Positions 16,031-24,505 of a DNA stretch of 64,000 nt are shown one piece after another. Numbering within the stretch: the first letter of the stretch is position 1; each line of letters opens with the position of its first letter. Source of the DNA: Oscillospiraceae bacterium. Lineage in GTDB: Bacteria > Bacillota > Clostridia > Oscillospirales > CAG-272. The stretch is from assembly GCA_015064185.1 (NCBI GenBank), contig SVSS01000007.1, positions 1,444-65,443 on the forward strand. Reading direction: 5' to 3'. Under the pieces are notes generated by a model, which was given only the letters and a program-made list of their open reading frames with translations, had not been told where the DNA came from and made no database searches. Position numbers and translations under genes: made by a program.

Positions 16031-17338
16031 TTATGCCTTTTCGCCGGCAAAGAAATCAGCAAGGGCTGTCAGTGCAACCGTGTGCTCCTCGCGTGTGGCA
16101 AGGTTTTTAATTTTTACCTCGCCGTTTGCTTGCTCGTTGCCACCCATGATGACAACGTGGCTGTAATGCTCCTTGGCTGCAAAATCAATTTGCTTGCCAA
16201 ATTTTTTATTACCAAGATAAAGATTGGCACGGATGCCGCCCTCACGAAGGGTGCTGACAAGCGCGGTGTATGCCTCAAGCGGTACATCGTCAAAGCGCGT
16301 GACAAGCACCTTGGTGCCGTCATTCTCAAGATCAGGTATGAGTGCGTGCGTGGTGAGGAAGTTTTCAAGCGTCACGTCGCCCATGCCGTATCCTACACCC
16401 GAGATCTTAGCGTTTTTCTGAAAGAGCCCTACGAGATTGTCATAGCGACCGCCGCCAAACATGGCGCGGTTGTTTTCGGGTGCCTCGTCAAAGACCTCAA
16501 ATACGGTTCCTGTGTAATAGTCAAGACCGCGAATAATACCAAAGTCAAACATGCAATATTTCAAGAGCCCTGTTTTATCAAGTGCCTCAAAGAGTGCGCG
16601 TAGCTCCTTTGCGCCCTCGCTTTCGGGGCAAAGGGCAGTGGCGGTCATGACGTCCATTTTGTAAAGTGCGTCGATCTTGGCAATTTGTGCATCGTCAAGC
16701 CCCAAGGCTTTGAGATCTGCCTCATAATTCTCGCGCGGCACCTTGTTCTTGCGGTCAACCACCTTAGAAACCTTGCGGCTCCCCTCGCTATCGGTGCCTG
16801 CAATTGCGGCGATGGCATCGTTGAAAAAGCGGCGGTTGTTGATGTGCACGCGGAACATCGTTTCATCAGCACCAAAGGCGCGCAACAGAGAAATGGCGCT
16901 TTCGATCACGTCAAGATCGGCTTCAAAAGTGTCACAGCCGAAAATATCGACGTTTAACTGCCAAAACTCACGAAGTCTGCCACGCTGCGGGCGTTCGTAA
17001 CGGTACATGTTGGAAATGCAAAACCACTTTAAGGGATAGTTGAGCTCGCCCATCTTTGCCGCTACCATGCGGGCAACGGTGGGGGTCATCTCGGGGCGGA
17101 TGGCAAGGCTTCTGCCACCGCGGTCGGTAAAGTTATAGGTCTGCTCCTTGGCAAGCTCCTCTCCGCTTTTTGCGGCATAAAGATCAAGGCTTTCGAGCAT
17201 GGGCCCGTCGTATTCCTCAAAGCAGGCAAGCTCAAGAGAACTTCTGATTTTGCCAAAAAACCAATTTCTTAGCTTCATTTCGCGCGGATAAAAATCACGC
17301 GTGCCCTTGTAGGGCTGGGTAGAAAGTTTAAAATCCAT
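16031..17338 (-). CDS. hisS: histidine--tRNA ligase
   Basis: Class II motifs KGTRDFYP, RPEMTP, GGGRYDNLV, plus a C-terminal anticodon-binding domain. 435 aa. Confidence 0.92.
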   Translation of the reverse strand: MDFKLSTQPYKGTRDFYPREMKLRNWFFGKIRSSLELACFEEYDGPMLESLDLYAAKSGEELAKEQTYNFTDRGGRSLAIRPEMTPTVARMVAAKMGELNYPLKWFCISNMYRYERPQRGRLREFWQLNVDIFGCDTFEADLDVIESAISLLRAFGADETMFRVHINNRRFFNDAIAAIAGTDSEGSRKVSKVVDRKNKVPRENYEADLKALGLDDAQIAKIDALYKMDVMTATALCPESEGAKELRALFEALDKTGLLKYCMFDFGIIRGLDYYTGTVFEVFDEAPENNRAMFGGGRYDNLVGLFQKNAKISGVGYGMGDVTLENFLTTHALIPDLENDGTKVLVTRFDDVPLEAYTALVSTLREGGIRANLYLGNKKFGKQIDFAAKEHYSHVVIMGGNEQANGEVKIKNLATREEHTVALTALADFFAGEKA

Positions 17339-17608
17339 AAGGGGGTCCTTTCCCGTTTTAAACGGACATAAATATACAAAGTATATTATATCATAAAATT
17401 TAATGCTTGTCCATACACAAGAAAAAAGATTTTCTGCGCCCGTAAAAAAGTTATTGCCAATAGCATGCTTGCATGATATAATAGAACTGTGAAAAGCCGT
17501 ACTGCAATGAATTGTGGAATGGATTTAACTTATTTACCACAATAATTGGAATTATATATTTAAAAAATGGAAAATTTTATATAAAAATTGGAAAAGGAGA
17601 ACTTTTGC

Positions 17609-18238
17609 ATGGAAATGTTTTTTGATAACGGGGCAAGCGAGCAGGCAAAGCTTACCAATGAGGAGCGCTTTATCTCGATCTTCAGATCTAAGATCCGCCG
17701 TGAGGGATCGGAGAAGCTGCTTGACTATCTTTGCTCTGATAACTGTGATTTTTTCACTGCCCCTGCCAGCACGCGCTATCACGGTGCTTACCCCGGCGGA
17801 TTGCTTGAGCATAGTTTAAACGTGTATGACTGCCTTTTGGATTATCTTGCAAGACCGCGCGTGCGCGAGGTCTACGGGCTTGATTATTCTGAGGAGAGCA
17901 TTGCGATCGTGGCGCTGTTGCACGATCTTTGTAAGATCAACTTTTATAAGGAGAGCACCCGCAACGTCAAGGAAAACGGCGTGTGGAAAACGGTGCCCTT
18001 CTATACCATTGAGGATGACCTTCCTTACGGACACGGAGAAAAGTCGGTATATATCATCTCGGGCTTTATGCGCCTGACAAGGGATGAGGCGTTTGCCATT
18101 CGGTATCATATGGGCTTTTCGGGTAATGAGGACAACAATACCGTGGGTGCAGCGTTTGCTAAATTCCCACTTGCTATAGCACTTGCTACGGCAGATATGG
18201 AGGCGGCATATTTCATTGAGGGAAGTGAGAAAAAATAA
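17609..18238 (+). CDS. HD-domain phosphohydrolase (YhaM-like HD module without OB fold)
   Basis: STRYHGAYPGGLLEHSLNV and ALLHDLCK supply the H..HD..D ligands. The ATG at 17609 follows AAGGAGA. Confidence 0.75.
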   Translation: MEMFFDNGASEQAKLTNEERFISIFRSKIRREGSEKLLDYLCSDNCDFFTAPASTRYHGAYPGGLLEHSLNVYDCLLDYLARPRVREVYGLDYSEESIAIVALLHDLCKINFYKESTRNVKENGVWKTVPFYTIEDDLPYGHGEKSVYIISGFMRLTRDEAFAIRYHMGFSGNEDNNTVGAAFAKFPLAIALATADMEAAYFIEGSEKK

Positions 18239-19029
18239 TGGCGCGCGTGGGGATTGATAAAAGGAGTGAGCCGCAGCTCTCACAGCAATGCGAGCGACGC
18301 GTGCGCATGCTTTTGTTTGCGCGCTACCTGTTGCCGCTGCTCTCGGCTTTGTGTGTGGTGGTAGTAGGACTTTTTTACAATGTATTTGCACTACAAGGCG
18401 GCAAGCGCGTGCAGCTTTGTGTGCTGCGTCTTTGCTTCAATACCTTAAAAAGCGCGCGTGCGTATATGATGGGTGCTGAGGTCGTGGCAGGTGTGCGCAA
18501 TTTTTATCTTGTGCTTATGATCGGTGCCGCCTGCTTTATCGTTCTTTTCTTGCTGTCGGTGGCGCAAGCTGTTTTTGCCGTGTATATGCTTTATCGCACA
18601 CTGTGTGCGCGCGCGGCGGGGGATAAAGAAGCGGAAAAGCGCGCTAAGGTGCTGTTTCGCGCCGTTCTTTCCAACCGTGTTATGATGTGGATCTCAAATG
18701 CGCTTGTGTTGCCCCTGGCGCTTTTTCCCGAATTCTTTTCCTTTGTTTGCACTCGCTTCTTAACGGTAAGCGGTGGAAGCATTATCTATCTTCGCTTTAA
18801 CATAACCGCAATAGTGACGGCGTTTTTTGTTTTGCTTACGTTGGCGCTTGCGCTTTATCTTCGTCGGTATGAGCGCGCGGTGGGGCTTGACCTTTTCTTT
18901 ATCGAGGAGGAAGAGGATGAGGCGGATGACGGCGAGGCTTGCTTGTGTGACGGCGAGGAGGAAGAGTGGGAAGAGGACTGCGATGAGGCACAGGATGATG
19001 CAGACGCCTCTGCGGATGAAAGTGTGTAA
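18238..19029 (+). CDS. membrane protein with poly-acidic C-terminal tail
   Basis: Its start overlaps the HD-gene stop (TAATG). About 5 hydrophobic segments. The tail reads EEEEDEADDGE...EEEEWEEDCDEAQDD. Start codon is uncertain (alternative ATG at 18307). Confidence 0.5.
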   Translation: MARVGIDKRSEPQLSQQCERRVRMLLFARYLLPLLSALCVVVVGLFYNVFALQGGKRVQLCVLRLCFNTLKSARAYMMGAEVVAGVRNFYLVLMIGAACFIVLFLLSVAQAVFAVYMLYRTLCARAAGDKEAEKRAKVLFRAVLSNRVMMWISNALVLPLALFPEFFSFVCTRFLTVSGGSIIYLRFNITAIVTAFFVLLTLALALYLRRYERAVGLDLFFIEEEEDEADDGEACLCDGEEEEWEEDCDEAQDDADASADESV

Positions 19030-19181
19030 TCACATAGATTTTTGACGAAATTTCTCATAGTTTTTCACAAAAAAATAATTGTTTTTTTATAAAACCTATT
19101 TATTTTTCACAAAAAACGTGGTATAATGGAACTGTACCAAGCGAGCGATACCTCCCCGGGTACAGAAAGGCGGAAGCTGAT

Positions 19182-19700
19182 ATGAAGATTACCATTAGTG
19201 GAAAGCAGATGACCGTACGCCAGTCCCTGAAGGACTTAACCGAAAAGAAGCTGCTGCGATTTGATCGATTTTTCGGTGAGGACGCGGAGGCACTTGTTTC
19301 CTATTCTTGCCGTCACGATCAACAATATGTAGAAATTACCATATATTACGGAGGCACGATCTTCCGCTGCGAGGAGGGGGCAGATACCTTCCAGACAGCG
19401 ATAGACCAAGCCCTTGATTCGCTTGAAAGACAGATCAGAAAGAACAAGACTCGCCTCGAAAAACGCCTACGTAGCGGTGCTTTTGACCCCATTCCCGGTG
19501 ACATGGAGGAGGAAGAAGAGGGCGAATTTAGGATTCGCACCAAGTATATTCCCGTCAAGCCCATGTCGGTTGAGGAAGCCATTTTGCAAATGAATCTGCT
19601 TGAGCATCAGTTCTTTGTATTTCGCGATGCCGAAACCGAGAAGCCTGCTGTTGTCTACCGTCGCAAAAACGGGGATTACGGTTTAATTACTGAGGAATAA
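19182..19700 (+). CDS. hpf: ribosome hibernation promoting factor (long HPF)
   Basis: MKITISGKQMTVRQSLKDLTEKKL... RaiA/HPF N-domain plus a C-terminal dimerisation domain. 172 aa. A TGgTATAAT extended -10 lies at 19119-19127. Confidence 0.9.
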   Translation: MKITISGKQMTVRQSLKDLTEKKLLRFDRFFGEDAEALVSYSCRHDQQYVEITIYYGGTIFRCEEGADTFQTAIDQALDSLERQIRKNKTRLEKRLRSGAFDPIPGDMEEEEEGEFRIRTKYIPVKPMSVEEAILQMNLLEHQFFVFRDAETEKPAVVYRRKNGDYGLITEE

Positions 19701-19769
19701 AAACAAAAAAGATCACGCCAAGGAGTGCCTTCCATAAAGCAGGTTTTACCTACCATAAAAAACAAATTT

Positions 19770-19817
19770 GTAGGGGCGACCAGTGGTCGCCCGCGGGCGT
19801 TCAATGAACGCCCCTAC
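19770..19817. repeat. nested GC-rich palindrome (REP-like)
   Basis: GTAGGGGCG...CGCCCCTAC encloses the GCGACCAGTGGTCGC and GGGCGTTCAATGAACGCCC hairpins. Confidence 0.7.
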
Positions 19818-19822
19818 ATTAC

Positions 19823-19856
19823 AAAAGGACAGAGATTTTTCGTCTCTGTCCTTTTT
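19823..19856 (+). terminator. intrinsic terminator after hpf
   Basis: GGACAGAG...CTCTGTCC stem followed by T5. Confidence 0.75.
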
Positions 19857-19916
19857 CACACGCCTTGCTGCATGGTATGGTTGCAATTTTTAGGTGTACT
19901 GTCGGGCACTAAACTA

Positions 19917-20049
19917 GCCTTCCTCCGGGAGGAAGGTGGCACGCGAAGCGTGACGGAAGGAGCTCGCGCGACTTTGGATTTTTACTGATTATATAGCAAC
20001 GCGCTCTCCCTCACCCGACTTCGTAGGGAGCTCCCTCCCGGAGGGAGCC
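19917..20049. repeat. MITE/REP-like element with imperfect ~46-bp inverted-repeat arms
   Basis: Left arm GCCTTCCTCCGGGAGGAAGG... (19917-19962). Right arm ...GGGAGCTCCCTCCCGGAGGGAGCC (20004-20049). The first ~20 nt of the arms are nearly complementary and the rest is looser. Confidence 0.6.
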
Positions 20050-20132
20050 TTTGATTTGTGCGTCTCGAAAGTCTGTCTATTTTTCCTGACAAGCACTGCT
20101 TTTGTGGACACAAAAGCGAAAAAATTTAAAAT

Positions 20133-20570
20133 TTAACTATCCGATTCAATATTCTCTGCATACAAATATCTATCATATGGAGCAGTTGTGTCTTTTTTTA
20201 GATATCCGCACTTACACATATCCTCAATGACTCTTTTGGCAGTAGCGTATCCAATATTTAAAGTGCGCTGTAAAATAGATGTGGATATGTATTTTTTATT
20301 TTGAGCTGTTTTAATTGCACTTAAAATCAAGGGATCATTTGTTTTATCACACAACTTCGTCTGAATCAGACATTCACCTAATAATAATTCATCGATAGAA
20401 ACTCCAAAAAAAGTAGCCAACTCGGGAAGAATTTCTATATCTGGGCAACATTTTCCAGCCTCCCATTTTGATACCGCTTGATTTGATACATTCAGTCTAT
20501 TAGCAAGATCCTCTTGCGTGATTCCCGCTTGCTTACGTAAAGCGGCAATATTTTCACTTATCTTTATCAT
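20133..20570 (-). CDS. XRE-family HTH protein fused to an FtsK-gamma-like winged-helix domain
   Basis: N-terminus: ISENIAALRKQAGITQEDLANRLNVSNQAVSKWEAGKCCPDIEILPELATFFGVSIDELL (HTH_3). C-terminus: DPLILSAIKTAQNKKYISTSILQRTLNIGYATAKRVIEDMCKCGYL, which fits the FtsK gamma pattern. The start at 20570 has better GGAGG spacing than the one at 20579. Confidence 0.7.
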   Translation of the reverse strand: MIKISENIAALRKQAGITQEDLANRLNVSNQAVSKWEAGKCCPDIEILPELATFFGVSIDELLLGECLIQTKLCDKTNDPLILSAIKTAQNKKYISTSILQRTLNIGYATAKRVIEDMCKCGYLKKDTTAPYDRYLYAENIESDS

Positions 20571-20753
20571 TTTAAACATACCTCCATTATTTTTGTTGTG
20601 TAGCTACGCTTAAATTATATCATTGATACCAACAAAAAACAATAACGCATTGGTTTGATTGATGATTTTTCTTCCAACCATAAGTAGGAAAAACGTTGGC
20701 GCACCTGCTTTATCGCAGGTACGCCAAGCGTGCTCTTTTTTTATACGTAATGA

Positions 20754-21572
20754 TCATAGCGTAAAATCTGTTGCCCAACGGAGCGCGAGACCCATCCACT
20801 GTGCGGTGTGCGGTTCAATTAATGCGGGTTTGCCGTTGGCGGTCAATTCGTTGCAAAGCGCAAGACCGTGGCGCCCTTGCGGGAAAACGTGCAGCTCAAA
20901 CGGTACACTCGCTTCGGTCATTGCCTCGGCAAGCAAAAGGCTATTTTGCACGGGTACGGTTTGATCGGTAAAGGTGTGCCAGATAAAAGCGGGCACCGTG
21001 TCGGCGCTCACGTGCTTTTCAAGCGAAAATGCGTTTAACTCCGCTTCGCTTGGATCCTCCTTACCGCAAAGCTTGTAAAAGCTGTCACGGTGTGCGATTT
21101 TACCTGCTGAAATAACGGGATAACCGAGGATCATGCCCGTGGGGCGCACGATGTCGCGCGGTGCACCTGCGGCAATTTCATCAAGCACGGGGGAGTTCCA
21201 CAAAATGCCCGCGGATGCGGCAAGATGTCCGCCTGCCGAAAAGCCGCACACAAAAACGTAATCGGGGTCAACGCTGTATGCCGGGGCGTTTTCACGCACG
21301 TAGCGAATGGCGAGCGCCAGCTGCTTTAGGGGGCGGTAGTTTGCGGCATTTTCTTCTACACCGTAGTACAAAATAAAGGGTGCAAAGCCTGCTGCTAAAA
21401 ACTGTGCCGCGATCGGCTCCGCTTCCCTGGGTGAAAGGTGATTGTATCCGCCGCCCGGGCACACGATCACAGCGCGGTGCGCACGAGGCGATCTTTCCTT
21501 TGAATAAGAAAAGCACATAGGGGCGAGGATCGCCTCGGGGAATTCTCCCAGCTTAATTTCTTCACAGATCAT
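20754..21572 (-). CDS. alpha/beta hydrolase (esterase/lipase type)
   Basis: GFSAGGHLA (GxSxG) and the VCPGGGY oxyanion region. Start moved to the ATG at 21572, behind AAGGAG. Confidence 0.75.
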   Translation of the reverse strand: MICEEIKLGEFPEAILAPMCFSYSKERSPRAHRAVIVCPGGGYNHLSPREAEPIAAQFLAAGFAPFILYYGVEENAANYRPLKQLALAIRYVRENAPAYSVDPDYVFVCGFSAGGHLAASAGILWNSPVLDEIAAGAPRDIVRPTGMILGYPVISAGKIAHRDSFYKLCGKEDPSEAELNAFSLEKHVSADTVPAFIWHTFTDQTVPVQNSLLLAEAMTEASVPFELHVFPQGRHGLALCNELTANGKPALIEPHTAQWMGLALRWATDFTL

Positions 21573-21656
21573 GGCATGAAACTCCTTTAGCATAGAGTGG
21601 TCTTGAGGTCATTTTAACATTTGCCCTCTTTTTTGTCAATAAAATTTATATAAGTA

Positions 21657-21685
21657 TTGACATTTGCGCTTTGCGGCACTATAAT
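21657..21685 (+). promoter_or_regulatory. consensus sigma-A promoter (TTGACA-17-TATAAT) driving the THF riboswitch / folT-folC
   Basis: TTGACA at 21657-21662, 17-nt spacer, TATAAT at 21680-21685. Confidence 0.8.
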
Positions 21686-21693
21686 AAAGGCAT

Positions 21694-21790
21694 CTGAAGA
21701 GTAAGAGCTGTAGCGTTAAGTACCGATGGGACGGGGAGTTGCCGATCGGGCGAAGGGTTTCCGCGGCTACGGCTTTGCATCCCGCTTCGT
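21694..21790 (+). promoter_or_regulatory. THF (tetrahydrofolate) riboswitch, folT motif
   Basis: GAAGAGUAAG...GCGUUAAGUA..AUGGGACG...GCGAAGG..CCGCGGCUACGGCUUUGCAUCCCGCUUC parallels the remembered THF aptamer (..AGAGUAG..GCGUUAAGUG..AUGGGAUG..CGAAGCG..GCGCGGUGAAUCAUUGCAUCCGCUCC). It lies directly upstream of a folate-type ECF S component. Confidence 0.8.
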
Positions 21791-21849
21791 TTGAATAAGA
21801 GTGATTTTTCTCTCCTTTTTCGAATGAATTTCGGGAAGGGAGGTTTTTT

Positions 21850-22500
21850 ATGGAAAAACAAAACAAGAACGGGCAAGTCGAGGAAAAAGAGCAGGCTATG
21901 TCCCAAGAAACGGACATTTCGGCATCGGAGGTGCGTTCACGCGGCAAAGCGCGCGTGGGTGGATTTGGCAGCCTTAGGCGCTTGTGCTTTGCCGCAATTC
22001 TTGCCGCAATGAGCCTTGTGCTTGGCAAATTTTTGCAAATTCCGCATCCGTTTCAGGAATTTATACGCATTAGCTTTGAAAATCTGCCCGTGCTGCTGGC
22101 AGGGGTTTCTATGGGACCGATCGTAGGTGCTTTTGTCGGTGCTGTGGCTGATCTTTTGGGGTGCGTGCTTTACGGCTACTCTATCAATCCGATCGTCACG
22201 TTGGGTGCCGCATCTGTGGGACTTGTCAGCGGATTTTTGGCGCGGTACGTGGTAAAAAAATCGCTTTTGGCTAAGGTAATGGTGTCGGTTTCTCTTGCGC
22301 ATCTTGTTGGGTCTGTTCTCATCAAATCCGCAGGGCTTGCCGCGTGGTATCTTGCCAAATATGAATTTGGATATCTTGAATTTCTCGGTTGGAGATTTTT
22401 GAATTATATCATTATAGGTGTGGCGGAGTGTCTGGTGCTTTACTTGCTGCTGCGAAACCGTGCCTTTGCCAAACAAATAAAGGAAATATGCAAAATATGA
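21850..22500 (+). CDS. folT: folate-family ECF transporter S component
   Basis: Hydrophobic 216-aa protein behind the THF riboswitch. Strong GGGAAGGGAGG RBS. Its stop overlaps the folC start region. Confidence 0.75.
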   Translation: MEKQNKNGQVEEKEQAMSQETDISASEVRSRGKARVGGFGSLRRLCFAAILAAMSLVLGKFLQIPHPFQEFIRISFENLPVLLAGVSMGPIVGAFVGAVADLLGCVLYGYSINPIVTLGAASVGLVSGFLARYVVKKSLLAKVMVSVSLAHLVGSVLIKSAGLAAWYLAKYEFGYLEFLGWRFLNYIIIGVAECLVLYLLLRNRAFAKQIKEICKI

Positions 22501-23780
22501 CATATCGTGAAGCTGTTGATTATATTCATTCTGTTGTGTGGAAGGGAAGCCGTCCGGGGCTTTCGCGTATTACGGAATTGCTCTCATTGCTTGGTAATCC
22601 ACAGGATGCGCTTCGTTTTATCCATATTGCAGGTACAAACGGCAAGGGCTCTACCTCTGCTATGACCGAGTCGATCCTGCGCGAGGCTGGCTATCGAACG
22701 GGTCTTTTCGTATCCCCCTATATCAAGTCCTTTAATGAGCGTATTTGCTTTTGCGGAAAGCCGATCGAAAATGACGCGCTTGCCGCTGTAACCGCTACGG
22801 TAAAGCCCTTCGCTGACGGTATGGCAGATGCGCCTACTGAATTTGAGCTGATCACTGCCATTGGATTGCTGTATTTTAAGCAAATGGAGTGCGACGTTGT
22901 GGTGCTGGAGACCGGGATGGGAGGAAGGCTGGATTCCACCAATGTGATAAAGGATCCGCTTGCTACCGTTATTACGGGAATTGCTCTTGATCATACCGAG
23001 TTTTTGGGTGATACCATCGAAAAGATCGCAAAGGAAAAGGCAGGCATCATTAAGCCCCACGCGCCTGTGATATTTGGCGGCAGAGATAAAGCCGCGCGCG
23101 CGGTGATCGAGGATGCCGCAAAGGAAGCAGAAGCGCCCTTTGTTGCCGCTGAGGATACCCCCATCACGGTAAAACGCACAGACCTTACCGGAACGGTAGT
23201 GGATTGGGGCACATACAAAAACCTGCACCTGCCGTTGCTTGGCACCTATCAGCCGCAAAATCTTGCTACCGTGTTGGCACTTTTCAGTGTTTTGCCGACA
23301 CGCGGTATTTCAGTGGATGAGGATACCTTGCGCGAAGGTCTTGCTAAGGTAAAATGGCGCGGCCGTTTTGAGCGGGTGTCACAAAAGCCCCTGATCATCT
23401 GTGACGGTGCGCACAATCCTGAGGGGATCGCGGCAGCAGCCGAGGGTATTCGCACTTATTTCCCCGACCAAAAGGTGCTTTTACTCACCGCCGTGATGGC
23501 GGATAAGGACTATCGCGGTATGGTTGAGGTGCTTTCGCCGCTAGCCGAGGAGGTCTTTACCTTAACCCCAAACAATCCGCGCGCGCTTTCTGCCGCTGAT
23601 TTTGCCGCTGTGTGGCAGGCATACGGTGTGCCCGCAACGGGGTTTGACACCGTAGATGCTGCCGTTGGGGCGGCAGTTGCCGCCGCAAGCGTGAGCGGCA
23701 AGCCGCTGTTTTCGCTTGGCTCGCTTTATATGTATGCCGAGGTAACCGAGGCGCTTGAGATGCTTGGCATCATCAAATAA
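22488..23780 (+). CDS. folC: bifunctional folylpolyglutamate synthase / dihydrofolate synthase
   Basis: HIAGTNGKGST P-loop of the Mur-ligase family, and MTYREAVDYIHS... Start is either 22488 or 22497. Confidence 0.9.
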   Translation: MQNMTYREAVDYIHSVVWKGSRPGLSRITELLSLLGNPQDALRFIHIAGTNGKGSTSAMTESILREAGYRTGLFVSPYIKSFNERICFCGKPIENDALAAVTATVKPFADGMADAPTEFELITAIGLLYFKQMECDVVVLETGMGGRLDSTNVIKDPLATVITGIALDHTEFLGDTIEKIAKEKAGIIKPHAPVIFGGRDKAARAVIEDAAKEAEAPFVAAEDTPITVKRTDLTGTVVDWGTYKNLHLPLLGTYQPQNLATVLALFSVLPTRGISVDEDTLREGLAKVKWRGRFERVSQKPLIICDGAHNPEGIAAAAEGIRTYFPDQKVLLLTAVMADKDYRGMVEVLSPLAEEVFTLTPNNPRALSAADFAAVWQAYGVPATGFDTVDAAVGAAVAAASVSGKPLFSLGSLYMYAEVTEALEMLGIIK

Positions 23781-23795
23781 TATTTTGTTTCCCAC

Positions 23796-23837
23796 GGTGA
23801 GTTCGTAACCATCCTCACCTTAATCAAAACTAAGGAG
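23796..23837 (+). promoter_or_regulatory. preQ1-I riboswitch
   Basis: GGUGAG-UUCGUAACCAUC-CUCACC-UUAAUCAAAACUAAGGAG. This is a P1 hairpin with a 12-nt loop, followed by an A-rich tail ending in ACUAAGG that overlaps the SD. Same layout as the B. subtilis queC element. Lies upstream of queT. Confidence 0.8.
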
Positions 23838-23846
23838 AATAAAACA

Positions 23847-24344
23847 ATGAAACAAAACAAAACACGTCACATGGCCTATTTGACTCGTGCAGGTGTGATC
23901 GCCGGGCTGTATGTTGCTCTCACTTGGATCTCGGCTCTTTTGGGGCTGTCGGGTATGGGCGCCATTCAGCTTCGTTTGTCCGAAGCGCTTTGCGTGCTGC
24001 CGTATTTTACCGCTGCCGCGGTGCCTGGCGTTACGGTGGGGTGCTTGCTTGCCAATCTTTTAACGGGAGCTGCGTTGCCCGACATCATTTTTGGCACGCT
24101 TGCAACCCTTATTGGTGCGGTTGGCACACGCTGCCTCAGGCGTAACCGCTATCTTGCACCGTTGCCCCCTATTGCAGCAAACACGGTGATCATCCCGTTT
24201 GTGATCCGATACGCTTACGTTGATGTGACCGAAAGCTTGCCGTTTCTTTTTGTTACGGTGGGCATAGGAGAAATTTTGTCGGCAGGTGTGTTTGGTATGC
24301 TGCTGCTTTTCGCCTTAGAGAAGCATAAGCACCGTATTTTTTGA
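23847..24344 (+). CDS. queT: queuosine-precursor transporter QueT
   Basis: Hydrophobic 165-aa QueT-like protein (LRLSEALCVLPYF..., GTLATLIGA). Context: preQ1 riboswitch. Confidence 0.85.
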   Translation: MKQNKTRHMAYLTRAGVIAGLYVALTWISALLGLSGMGAIQLRLSEALCVLPYFTAAAVPGVTVGCLLANLLTGAALPDIIFGTLATLIGAVGTRCLRRNRYLAPLPPIAANTVIIPFVIRYAYVDVTESLPFLFVTVGIGEILSAGVFGMLLLFALEKHKHRIF

Positions 24345-24355
24345 TTGTTAACAGA

Positions 24356-24395
24356 GAAAAGGGACTGCGCGAGGGCGCAGTCCCTTTTCCTTTTT
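24356..24395 (+). terminator. intrinsic terminator after queT
   Basis: GAAAAGGGACTGCGC-GAG-GGCGCAGTCCCTTTTC followed by a T-run. Confidence 0.85.
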
Positions 24396-24402
24396 ACAGT
24401 TA

Positions 24403-24431
24403 ACGACAAATCACATTGCTCCTGCTATAAT
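24403..24431 (+). promoter_or_regulatory. promoter of the orphan tail-fibre-like cassette (ACGACA-17-TGcTATAAT)
   Basis: Extended -10 TGCTATAAT ends at 24431. A -35-like ACGACA lies at 24403-24408. Confidence 0.55.
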
Positions 24432-24450
24432 AAGCACAGCAAAGCCGCTT

Positions 24451-24464
24451 TTGCCAATTGGCAA
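24451..24464. promoter_or_regulatory. perfect 14-bp palindrome TTGCCAATTGGCAA (candidate operator)
   Basis: Self-complementary over all 14 positions. It lies between the -10 box and the AGGAGG RBS of the 24506 gene. Confidence 0.45.
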
Positions 24465-24505
24465 ACCGGGGAGGCGGCGTTGCAAAATATAACAGGAGGA
24501 AATTT

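Noticed and set aside
17339-17460. Searched for a His T-box upstream of hisS
   Set aside because: The minus-strand leader is only ~50 nt after a GGACAA-16-TATAAT promoter. It has one hairpin and no T-box sequence.
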